IMG/VR virus record: IMGVR_UViG_3300044733_004146
Source: an uncultured virus (IMG/VR IMGVR_UViG_3300044733_004146)
Taxonomy: Duplodnaviria > Heunggongvirae > Uroviricota > Caudoviricetes
Strand: one strand, 5' to 3'
DNA: 64,000 nt
Numbering within the stretch: the stretch's first letter is position 1; each line of letters opens with the position of its first letter. Positions 1 to 7,670 of the stretch are shown one piece after another. The notes under the pieces were generated by a model. The model worked only from the letters and a program-made list of their open reading frames with translations. It had not been told where the DNA came from and ran no database searches. Position numbers and translations under genes: made by a program.

Positions 1-367
1 AGATCAGCTCAGAAACTATAAAGAAACAGCAGACTAGCCTAGGGGCCCCTATAGGGCCCCTTCTTTCTGTCTGGCTATCTTCCCCCATAGCCTGCCCATA
101 GGATAGGGTGGCGGGGCTTCTAGGGGCCTTTTTGAGCTGCGGTGCAATGGGAGGCTGAAAATGGGGAGCATCGCCACATCAGAGAAACACCGACCTGCCA
201 GGTCGGGATTATTTCAATACGTTACAACTGTTTACCGTGAACAGACACGGGCCAAACGCCAGTGTAGGGAGCAGTAGAAAGCCTCCCTACGGTTTTGGGG
301 GCGCGGCATACCTCGTCAAATGTGCAACCAAAAATGATCGAAAATGGCCAGCAATAAGTACAATTAC

Positions 368-865
368 CTACCAATCAAGAGAATCGACAATAGCGCGTCC
401 CACGGCTTCAGCGAGAATTTTTAATTCTTCGTGCGTAGCGTAGCTTTTGAAAGTATTTGCTTTGCTACTAATTATCCATACATTTCCTTTTACGTAGCCT
501 TTGGTTGGATCAATGCGATCTAGGGAGGGGCTATTGGGAAGGGGACCAGTTTTACTGCTGCGTCGAGAAGACCATTCAAGAGGCATAGTTGAAAACACTG
601 GACAATAAGGAACAACCAGAGAGCGCACATAATTAATGTCAATGTCAAAAGGAATATTTTTAGTCTTGGCTCTTTTACGGGCATCGTTAAGCATGCCATT
701 GGTTTGCACCATTATCGGATTATTTTTGGAGTATTTTTCTTTCATTGCGTGCCCACATTGTTTGCAATAGGACTGCAATCCATCTTTGTGATAGTTGTTT
801 CTTGAAAAACTGTCAAACTTTTTGACAATTCCGCATTTAGTACATTGTTTTTGCTGGGCTTCCAT
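368..865 (-). CDS. HNH endonuclease with N-terminal Zn-binding (CxxC) domain
   Basis: KQCTKC...YCKQC followed by SLDRIDPTKGYVKGNVWIISSKAN. The ATG at 865 is preferred over the ORF-track start at 916. Confidence 0.85.
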   Translation of the reverse strand: MEAQQKQCTKCGIVKKFDSFSRNNYHKDGLQSYCKQCGHAMKEKYSKNNPIMVQTNGMLNDARKRAKTKNIPFDIDINYVRSLVVPYCPVFSTMPLEWSSRRSSKTGPLPNSPSLDRIDPTKGYVKGNVWIISSKANTFKSYATHEELKILAEAVGRAIVDSLDW

Positions 866-916
866 GCGAGGCAAGCAATTGTCACAAATCTTAACTAGCA
901 AAAACCTAGTTGGCAC

Positions 917-1453
917 ACGCTGAAAGCAAGCCCGAAGGGCGCAGCTTGAAGCGTTCTCCTCCTTCTCCTCTAATGGAGGCGCCTAAAGCGCCGTAATGAT
1001 GCACTAGGAAGCTGGCATTTTCTAAATTCGCGCATTTCCCTTTGCATCGTCTATTGCTTAAAGCGGCCCACAAAGGGCCGCTGTTCTAGACAATATTGCT
1101 TTTTCTTAAAAAAACAGCCCGTTCTGGCTGCTGAGCATAGTTTCCCAAGACCATTACTTAGGAGCTGGTCCAGCCTTTTTGTATTTCGCCACTCGTCAGT
1201 AGCTCCGTCCTTTGGGGACTCCGCATTGTCAAGAGCACCGTGGCTTGTCTAGCCTTTTTAGCCCGTCACTCCGCGCTTTAGGCGCTTCGTTGGAGGGGAA
1301 GGTGCTCGGGAGAGGCTAGCGAGGAGCGTCTAATTGCTCTGGAGGGGCAAAATTTAGACGCTGCTGCGCTTACGCATATCGTAAATGCTCTGTCAAGCTT
1401 TGTCAAGAGGCTCACTTCCCTTGCTACCACTAGAAAGGGGCCTAAAAGGCCCC
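917..1453. repeat. Non-coding hairpin cluster including three GNA/GNA internal-loop hairpins
   Basis: Inverted repeats at 917-954, 973-997, 1062-1082, 1202-1224, 1268-1290, 1325-1362 and 1437-1453. No credible ORF. Confidence 0.75.
1378..1406 (-). promoter_or_regulatory. Sigma70-type promoter firing leftwards into the hairpin cluster and HNH gene
   Basis: Minus strand TTGACA (1406-1401), 17 nt spacer, TACGAT (1383-1378). Confidence 0.7.
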
Positions 1454-1585
1454 GAAAACCATGGAAAAATTGCCCGTTTCTTAAGGATGTCTTCTGTTTT
1501 GTCAGGCAATGAAGAAGAATGTATTAAAAACTACCAGTCAAATTGTTGATAGTGACTAGCCTGAAATGATCGCCGCTAATTAATT

Positions 1586-1777
1586 ATGTGGGGCCTGCCA
1601 GAACGTCAACCATTTAACATTGGCCCCTATAAACTTTGGCCTTGTTTTAGTAGGCCAGAATTTCAATGGTTTGCAGCAGTAGATGGTAAGCCTCTTTATT
1701 TCCGCACGTCCAATGAGGCGAAATTATTTTTCAATGATCTGCTGGCAGTGGAAGACCCGGAGGGGCTATGCGATTAA
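1586..1777 (+). CDS. Hypothetical protein (63 aa)
   Basis: ATG-started ORF with protein-like composition, downstream of a TAGCCT -10-like box. Confidence 0.6.
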   Translation: MWGLPERQPFNIGPYKLWPCFSRPEFQWFAAVDGKPLYFRTSNEAKLFFNDLLAVEDPEGLCD

Positions 1778-1853
1778 AGGAAGTTTTCCATTCCTGCATG
1801 GGGAAAATTGGCTAGCCTGCCTGTTGTAAGTTTTGGGGCCGTAAGGCCCTTTC

Positions 1854-3296
1854 TTGTCTCTGGAACCAATGGTTGACAAAATTGCCCGCACTGGTAGGGT
1901 GCAAAGCTGGATGGAAAGCCCGAATGGACGGCTGCCGGTTAGCTGCACGGTCTTTAACGTGCAAGATTCAATGGAAGGAGAAGACGGCATTGAAGCGTCT
2001 TGGCGCTTTGTTAGCCATGGCCTGCGTAATGGTGCAGGAGTGGCGGTGCATCTTTCTGAGCTTCGCCCCAGGGGCGAAGAAAATGGCAAGGGCTTGGTTG
2101 CTAGCGGGCCTATTAGCTTCGGCAAAATCTATTCGACGCTCAATGAAATTCTGAGGCGTGGTGGTTTATACAAAAATGGAGCTGTGGTCCTGCATTTGGA
2201 CTACACCCACCCTGACGCCATGGAATTTGTCAATGTTTCCAGACAGGACCTGCCCTGGACGAAGCGTTGCCTTAATGTGGACGAGCAGTTTCTGGACAAG
2301 GCTTCGCCTGAGCTGATTAATGCCGCTCTTCGTGCCATCTCTGCTGGCGACCTCTGGCTCAATAAAATTCGCTACAACGACAAAGGCGAGCGCATCAGAG
2401 CGAATGTCTGCCTGGAAGTTTATCTTCCGCATCGTGGCACTTGCTTATTGCAGCACATTAATCTTGGCGCATGCAGCATTGATGAAATTAAAGGGGCTTT
2501 TATTGAAGGCATGACGCAATTGTGCGAGCTTCATGCTCAAACAGGCGTTGGCGACACTGGTGAATATCTTCCTCCCATTGTTGACAAGCAAGTGGGGCTT
2601 GGCCTGTTAGGTCTGGCTAATTTCTTGAGCATTCATGAAATTAGCTATGCCGAATTTGGCAAAGCGCTAAAGGCGTTTAATCAGGAAGATCCAGAAGATT
2701 GGTATGAAGTGATGGACAAACCAGTGGGAAATGCTGTGTTTGCCATTCACCAAGGCATTCATGCTGCGGCTGACATTGCGCGTGAGGCTGGAATGGACCG
2801 TGCCTTTGCCATTGCTCCCACTGCATCGTGTTCCTATCGCTATCAGGATCTTCGTGGCTTTACAACCACGCCCGAGATTGCCCCTCCCATTGCTCGGGAA
2901 GTAGATAGGGACAGTGGCACGTTTGGCGTGGAAAGCTTTGATTATGGTCCCGTGGAGACTGCAGCAGAGGTGGGCTGGGACGCTTACAAGCTTGTTACAG
3001 ACGAGCTTATTCGCATGTATCAAGCGAGCGGATTGCTCCATGGCTATTCGTTCAATTCGTGGAGCGATGTGGTTGTTTATGACGAAGCCTTCCTGAAGGA
3101 TTGGCTAGAATCTCCTCAGACAAGCCTCTATTACAGCCTGCAAGTTCTTCCGGACACTCAACGGAAGGATGATGCATATGCTGCATTGGACGACGATTTT
3201 AAGAGCATGTTTGGCTTAGACGATGAGTCTGAAGCTGATAGCTCTTCTGCATCTTGTTCTTTAGAGGCTGGATTCTGCGCTGCATGCGCTGAATAA
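1854..3296 (+). CDS. nrdA: Ribonucleotide reductase class I alpha subunit, compact cyanophage type (start may be ATG 1869)
   Basis: ANVCLEV (NxCxE), AIAPTASCS, TSLYY dyad and C-terminal CAAC. No ATP cone. Followed by a ferritin-like beta gene. Confidence 0.9.
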   Translation: MSLEPMVDKIARTGRVQSWMESPNGRLPVSCTVFNVQDSMEGEDGIEASWRFVSHGLRNGAGVAVHLSELRPRGEENGKGLVASGPISFGKIYSTLNEILRRGGLYKNGAVVLHLDYTHPDAMEFVNVSRQDLPWTKRCLNVDEQFLDKASPELINAALRAISAGDLWLNKIRYNDKGERIRANVCLEVYLPHRGTCLLQHINLGACSIDEIKGAFIEGMTQLCELHAQTGVGDTGEYLPPIVDKQVGLGLLGLANFLSIHEISYAEFGKALKAFNQEDPEDWYEVMDKPVGNAVFAIHQGIHAAADIAREAGMDRAFAIAPTASCSYRYQDLRGFTTTPEIAPPIAREVDRDSGTFGVESFDYGPVETAAEVGWDAYKLVTDELIRMYQASGLLHGYSFNSWSDVVVYDEAFLKDWLESPQTSLYYSLQVLPDTQRKDDAYAALDDDFKSMFGLDDESEADSSSASCSLEAGFCAACAE

Positions 3297-3303
3297 CAAA
3301 GAA

Positions 3304-3326
3304 AAAGGGGGCTTGCGCCCCCTTTC
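3304..3326. terminator. Bidirectional-looking intrinsic terminator between the RNR subunits
   Basis: AAAGGGGGC-TTGC-GCCCCCTTT. Confidence 0.6.
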
Positions 3327-3358
3327 TGCTCCTCACACCATCGCATAATAGTACGACA

Positions 3359-4123
3359 ATGATTGCCGAGACCAAGAGCCCCGATCTTTCCGTTGAAAAT
3401 GAAGGCCCCTATCTTTCCATGATTGCCAAGAAACGGCCTTGGCAGGCCGTGCCTGTGAGCAAAGGCAAGTTGCAAGAAGGCGGCGAGGATACGATTTTCT
3501 CGCTTCTTGCGTTGCGCCATTTGGAACTGCCTGTGAAGGACTTTCTGGAGCAGGGGCTGCAGAAAGAGCTTCCTTCTACGCCTGGCATTGTTGAGGCGCT
3601 GCGTCATAACCAGCAGGATGAGCAGCGTCATGATGAGGCGCTGAACTATGTGACGGCTGCCCATGGCACGAATGAAAAAGCTGAGAAAGAAGCCCTGAAC
3701 ATCCTGAAAGCATGGCAAGAGCATCCTGCCCATCCCATTTTGAAAGCTGCCATTTTGGAGCGCAGCATTTTCTTTGTCGTTTTGCCATTTTTCCGTTTCA
3801 ACGGCGATATTGGCATTCGTACTGTGGCTGCTGATATTAGTCGGGATGAGATTACGCACGTTGGCGTGCATAGTCTGATTGCTCGGGAGCTTGGCGAAAC
3901 TGCTGGGCAGAGCCTGAACAAACTGCGCCGGGCCACTGCATTGTGGGCCTTTGATCAGCTTGGTGCCCATAGCAACAAATGGTTGGACAAAGACTTTTGG
4001 TTGCGTCAAAGTGACAATTTGTTTGAGAAGGGCAGGGCTGAGGAACTGAACGACACGGCTCGCAGTCGGATGCCGGCGTTCTTTGAGGCAGCAAACAATG
4101 ATCTGCCTTCTTACGGGCGGTGA
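3359..4123 (+). CDS. nrdB: Ribonucleotide reductase beta subunit (ferritin-like)
   Basis: Dimetal ligand pattern LELP / DEQRH / LERS / DEITH, adjacent to the alpha gene. Confidence 0.8.
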   Translation: MIAETKSPDLSVENEGPYLSMIAKKRPWQAVPVSKGKLQEGGEDTIFSLLALRHLELPVKDFLEQGLQKELPSTPGIVEALRHNQQDEQRHDEALNYVTAAHGTNEKAEKEALNILKAWQEHPAHPILKAAILERSIFFVVLPFFRFNGDIGIRTVAADISRDEITHVGVHSLIARELGETAGQSLNKLRRATALWAFDQLGAHSNKWLDKDFWLRQSDNLFEKGRAEELNDTARSRMPAFFEAANNDLPSYGR

Positions 4124-4142
4124 AACACTGTTAATATTGAGC

Positions 4143-4256
4143 CATGCCAGTTCTGAGGTCCACCGTTGGTAGTGGAGCGCCTTTCCTGGCTTGGGAAGCT
4201 AAGACAGCGCTAGGCAAATAACCTAGAAGAGCCGGGTGCAATTCCCGGCCTTTCCA
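4143..4256 (+). ncRNA. Candidate ncRNA: hairpin domain plus D-armless tRNA-like domain
   Basis: GGGAAG/CTTTCC-A acceptor-like stem, CTAGG-CAAATAA-CCTAG arm and CCGGG-TGCAATT-CCCGG T-like arm. TAATAT box at 4132-4137. Confidence 0.55.
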
Positions 4257-4272
4257 TTATTAATTGTTTCTA

Positions 4273-4815
4273 ATGAGCGCCTTCGTCACAAGCGATACGC
4301 ACTTTGGCCATGCCAAGATTCTGGAATTTATGCGTCCAGACGGAGAACGGCTGCGTCCTTTTGTCTCATTGGAAGAAATGCATGAAACGCTCGTAGAGCG
4401 TTGGAACAATATTGTCCACGCGAAGGATAGAGTGTACGTGTTGGGAGACGTGGCCATCCCACGATCTGGCTTGCATGTTTTAGACCGTCTAAACGGTAGT
4501 AAAGTGCTAGTTCGCGGGAATCATGATATTTTTAAGTTTCAAGATTATGCAAAATATTTCCATGACATCCGAGGGGCATTCTTTCGTGATGGCTTAATTT
4601 ATACGCACATTCCAGTGCATCCCGCTAATTTAACTGGACGATACATTGGTAATGTGCATGGCCATTTGCATTGCCATTTAATTCGGCATGATGATGGAAG
4701 CGTGGACAAAAGATATTTCAATGCATGCGTGGAAGTTAATAATTTTATGCCAGTGGCGTTAGATTGTATACAAAACTATTTTGGCCTGGGCCATGGACGA
4801 GCGTCGGACGTTTAA
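4273..4815 (+). CDS. Calcineurin-like metallophosphoesterase
   Basis: SDTHFGH, LGDV, RGNHD, THIP and HGHLH motifs. Confidence 0.92.
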   Translation: MSAFVTSDTHFGHAKILEFMRPDGERLRPFVSLEEMHETLVERWNNIVHAKDRVYVLGDVAIPRSGLHVLDRLNGSKVLVRGNHDIFKFQDYAKYFHDIRGAFFRDGLIYTHIPVHPANLTGRYIGNVHGHLHCHLIRHDDGSVDKRYFNACVEVNNFMPVALDCIQNYFGLGHGRASDV

Positions 4816-4990
4816 CACGCCGATCAGGGAGCCATGGAACGCGCCCATTCATAATATTTTGAAGGCCATTGATAATCACATGGGCCTGTATTTCCAATAT
4901 CGTGACCCTTGGCATTTGCAACAGGCTGCAATGTTGAGGAACTATTTAAGAGAGCTTAAGGCTTACATCCACAAAAGAGAAGGCAAATAA
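4793..4990 (+). CDS. Hypothetical protein
   Basis: MDERRTFNTPIREPWNAPIH..., overlaps the upstream gene and ends at a terminator. Confidence 0.65.
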   Translation: MDERRTFNTPIREPWNAPIHNILKAIDNHMGLYFQYRDPWHLQQAAMLRNYLRELKAYIHKREGK

Positions 4991-5011
4991 AAAGGCCCGC
5001 CGTAGCGGGCC
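4989..5011 (-). terminator. Intrinsic terminator for the minus-strand peptide transcript
   Basis: Minus strand GGCCCGC-TACG-GCGGGCC-TTTTT. Confidence 0.7.
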
Positions 5012-5018
5012 GATGAGC

Positions 5019-5120
5019 TTAAGCCACGCAATAGCGATGGCCGTGCAATGAGGCCAACTGAGCCTTGCGAAGACGGGCAGCTTTTTCAAGCTGCTGCTTC
5101 ACGAGCAACAGAGTGTTCAT
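5019..5120 (-). CDS. 33-aa basic peptide downstream of a glutamine riboswitch (MNTLLLVKQQLEKAARLRKAQLASLHGHRYCVA)
   Basis: Translated by hand. GGAGAG SD-like sequence upstream, flanked by the riboswitch and a terminator. Confidence 0.75.
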   Translation of the reverse strand: MNTLLLVKQQLEKAARLRKAQLASLHGHRYCVA

Positions 5121-5134
5121 GGCGCTCTCCATGG

Positions 5135-5190
5135 TCCACCTCCCGTTCCGTAGGTGGGTGTCATGCGCCCCATGTGGGGTGAACGTAGAT
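5135..5190 (-). promoter_or_regulatory. Glutamine-II riboswitch (Downstream-peptide RNA motif)
   Basis: CUACGUUCA-CCCCACAUGGGG-CGCA...CCACCU-ACGGAACGGG-AGGUGG gives a CGUUC/GAACG P1, a P2 hairpin and a CCACCU/AGGUGG pseudoknot. TAAGCT -10 box at 5198-5193. Confidence 0.85.
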
Positions 5191-5204
5191 GCAGCTTAGC
5201 ACGA

Positions 5205-5278
5205 TACCCTCGGTGGGAGTCGAACCCACACTGGAGCGATTTTAAGTCGCTTGCCTCTGCCGGTTGGGCTACAAGGGC
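5205..5278 (-). tRNA. tRNA-Leu(UAA), short variable loop, CCA not encoded
   Basis: GCCCTTG/CGAGGGT acceptor stem, AGCGA-CTTAAAA-TCGCT anticodon arm, GTGGG-TTCGACT-CCCAC T arm, discriminator A. Confidence 0.92.
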
Positions 5279-5423
5279 TAGACATCGAGGCGTCGAGGCG
5301 GGGCTTCAATCCGCCTGTGTACGACATTTAACTATGGGTAGGCCCATAGCCTCGATTGGTCTGCAAGACAGTGCCTGCCACTGTCTAGTTGTAACGCTGG
5401 CCAGCGTGCTTCGCGAAAGCCCC
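5279..5423 (-). ncRNA. Unassigned structured RNA directly upstream of tRNA-Leu
   Basis: Stems 5284-5291/5349-5356, 5296-5301/5311-5316, 5332-5338/5343-5349, 5366-5373/5379-5386 and palindrome 5394-5407. Extended -10 TGcTATGCT at 5435-5427. Confidence 0.6.
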
Positions 5424-5445
5424 AAAAGCATAGCACGCATGTTGC

Positions 5446-5709
5446 CTACACGTCATATTCCTTGCATTCTTGGCTGTCGGGGTGGGCCCGGCAATAGTCG
5501 TCAAACGTGCCTTCCTCGTCGAGGCATTGCTCCAGCGCTTCAATTTGCCCCAAGCGCTTGGCATAGTCCTTAAGCTTGGGCAATAGCACGGGAATATAAA
5601 GATGTTCGGCCGCTAAAAGCTGCAAGGAAGTTTGCTTGCTAGTGGTGCCATTTTCAAGGAGCGCAATTAAAAACTGCGTTTCTTGCATAGTTAATTTGCA
5701 ATAAGTCAC
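5446..5709 (-). CDS. CP12-like protein (C-terminal CP12 Cys-pair motif on an unrelated N-terminus)
   Basis: Ends FDDYCRAHPDSQECKEYDV, matching the CP12 C-terminal YC-x8-C-x2-YD pattern. No AWD-VEE core. Confidence 0.7.
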   Translation of the reverse strand: MTYCKLTMQETQFLIALLENGTTSKQTSLQLLAAEHLYIPVLLPKLKDYAKRLGQIEALEQCLDEEGTFDDYCRAHPDSQECKEYDV

Positions 5710-5740
5710 GCCAATAAAGAACTATTGTTTGAAAATCATA

Positions 5741-7108
5741 CTAGGAGATTAAACTTTCGATCCACCCAATGTCATCATCTTTAGATGCGGCCAAGATTGC
5801 ACCAGCCATGGCAAACGCTAAGTCGTCAATGCCAGTGGCCTTGCCGCCAGTAACCGTCCATTGCCCACTGGGCTTGTAAGTGACAGTAAGATTTTTGATT
5901 TGCATGACGGCCTTTTCGTGACGGTATAAATTAATCTGCCCTGCATTGAACAGCTCTCGCATTTTGCTGAAAGCCTTCATCTTGGAGCTAACGGTCCAAG
6001 TGAGTTCAGTGATGGGCAGATCGCCTGCCAAGGTTTGAATGGTGCCAGCACTGTTGAACTGGTCCATCACAATCGTGTCGAAAACGTATAGGCGATGCTG
6101 TTCTTTTATCCAATCTTCCACTGCATTGATATTCACTTCCATTCTTCCATTGATTTCAAAATCAGCAGCAAAGGAATGGAATTTATCAACGACTAACGTG
6201 CCGTTTTCAAAATGAACAATACAAGCAGTGTAATCATCACGGCCAACCCCACCTCGGGCAGGGTCCAAGGCCAAGACATAAGCACCTTGGAATTGGGCTC
6301 TGGGTGGTAGAGCCGCTCGACGGTCATCAATGCAGGCGTCAACAACATCACTAGCAACAAGAGCGGAAAGATTACTGGCGAATTGAGCGCCATATTCCAC
6401 TTTAAATTTTTCGGGGTCGCGCTGCCTCTCTGTGTCAAGAAACTCTTGCGAAATGCGAGGGTTCATCTCCCACGTTGGGAGGTTTACGGCCTGCATGAAA
6501 GGGAAGCGGCCAGACGCTGCTTCTTTGAAATGCTGATAGAAGATGCCGTCAGTCAGCCATGGGGAGGAGAGTTCTAGGATGCGCCCATGACCGCCAAACT
6601 GAGCGATAGAAGGAGAAAGAGCGTCATAAATGCCACGTCCGCCGGAGTTAGCATCGCCTTCTGTGGCGAATGCAAGTTCATCAAAAACAGCACCGGCGCA
6701 AGCGAGACCACGAGCAGCACGCCCGGAAGTTGGTATAGCTTTAAAAACGCAGTGGTTACTAATTTCAATGATGTCGGCAGTTTCACGAACAATCTCCTGA
6801 GCGAAGGGACTTTCGATGATGAGCTGCCGGATGTTGTTTAGGGCAATACGAGCCTGATCTTGACTGTTTGCAACAGTTACAACGTACCAGCGTTCTCCTT
6901 TTCTTACTTTACGACGATATTGTTCTTCTAGGACGAAACACATATAGATGCAGGCAATGGCTGCCATGAGCGTCTTGCCTGAGCGTCGCCCGAGAGCCCA
7001 CACTGCATGCGACTTGCCGGGCTGAAAGAATTCATCAAGAATTTCAGCCTGTTTATGGAAAAGCTCTAAATGAAGAGCGTGTTTGGCGAAGTCTGAACAG
7101 CGAAGCAT
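5741..7108 (-). CDS. terL: Terminase large subunit
   Basis: GRRSGKT Walker A, AVFDE Walker B, LSSP coupling motif, and nuclease residues LALDPA / MDQ / DDLAFA. Confidence 0.92.
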   Translation of the reverse strand: MLRCSDFAKHALHLELFHKQAEILDEFFQPGKSHAVWALGRRSGKTLMAAIACIYMCFVLEEQYRRKVRKGERWYVVTVANSQDQARIALNNIRQLIIESPFAQEIVRETADIIEISNHCVFKAIPTSGRAARGLACAGAVFDELAFATEGDANSGGRGIYDALSPSIAQFGGHGRILELSSPWLTDGIFYQHFKEAASGRFPFMQAVNLPTWEMNPRISQEFLDTERQRDPEKFKVEYGAQFASNLSALVASDVVDACIDDRRAALPPRAQFQGAYVLALDPARGGVGRDDYTACIVHFENGTLVVDKFHSFAADFEINGRMEVNINAVEDWIKEQHRLYVFDTIVMDQFNSAGTIQTLAGDLPITELTWTVSSKMKAFSKMRELFNAGQINLYRHEKAVMQIKNLTVTYKPSGQWTVTGGKATGIDDLAFAMAGAILAASKDDDIGWIESLIS

Positions 7109-7605
7109 TACAATAATGACGAAAGAGGCTGTAAATAGTGCTTGGGGACGAAGAAGGCCGGGCGGCCTTTAACGTGCTCTTTTTTCCATTGATCTTTCAT
7201 GGCATCTTCACTTTTTATCCAGCCATGCACGAGAGTTTTTCGATTTTCAATGGTCACGAGAACAAATATTTTCCCAGGCTTTTCGTCTAATTGCACCACT
7301 AAATCATAGTAGTGGCGAGCGCGAGTTTTAACATCAATATTGGGAGGGAGGTCTGCGGAGCCTCGTTTGGCCGTGGTTTCCTGGTAGAGAAAGTGTTCCA
7401 TATCGAGCAGGGCGGCGACGGCCATCTCTCCCGCCGCTCCAATGAGATGGAGACGAAGGGCTTCACTGCCTGAGGTTGGGCCATTATTCCGGCCCTTAAG
7501 ACCTAGTGCGGAATTGACGGCTTGACGGCGGTGAGCTTCGGCGTAGACAGCCTTTCGCTGCTCGTCGCTGAAGGCAAATTGCAGAGGGCTAGCCATACTG
7601 GCCAT
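7108..7605 (-). CDS. Hypothetical protein, possible PD-(D/E)XK-like fold
   Basis: GAAGEMAVA...ADL...IDVKT. Translationally coupled to terL. Confidence 0.6.
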   Translation of the reverse strand: MASMASPLQFAFSDEQRKAVYAEAHRRQAVNSALGLKGRNNGPTSGSEALRLHLIGAAGEMAVAALLDMEHFLYQETTAKRGSADLPPNIDVKTRARHYYDLVVQLDEKPGKIFVLVTIENRKTLVHGWIKSEDAMKDQWKKEHVKGRPAFFVPKHYLQPLSSLL

Positions 7606-7670
7606 AGCAACCAGGCCAATGTAGCCAGCTTTTAGAATGAAAGCAATACATGATGGCCTTAAGAAAATCA

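Noticed and set aside
1..360. Hairpins at 41-61, 180-196 and 264-290 and ORF 237..443
   Set aside because: The inverted repeats are real, but the window edge hides their context. The ORF overlaps the HNH gene antisense and does not look like a protein.
5320..5350. Hairpin followed by UUAAAU, reminiscent of a pistol ribozyme
   Set aside because: The full pseudoknot partner and the conserved GCG and GU elements are not in the required places.
5154..5573. 139-aa plus-strand ORF
   Set aside because: It is the antisense reading of the riboswitch, tRNA and structured RNA.
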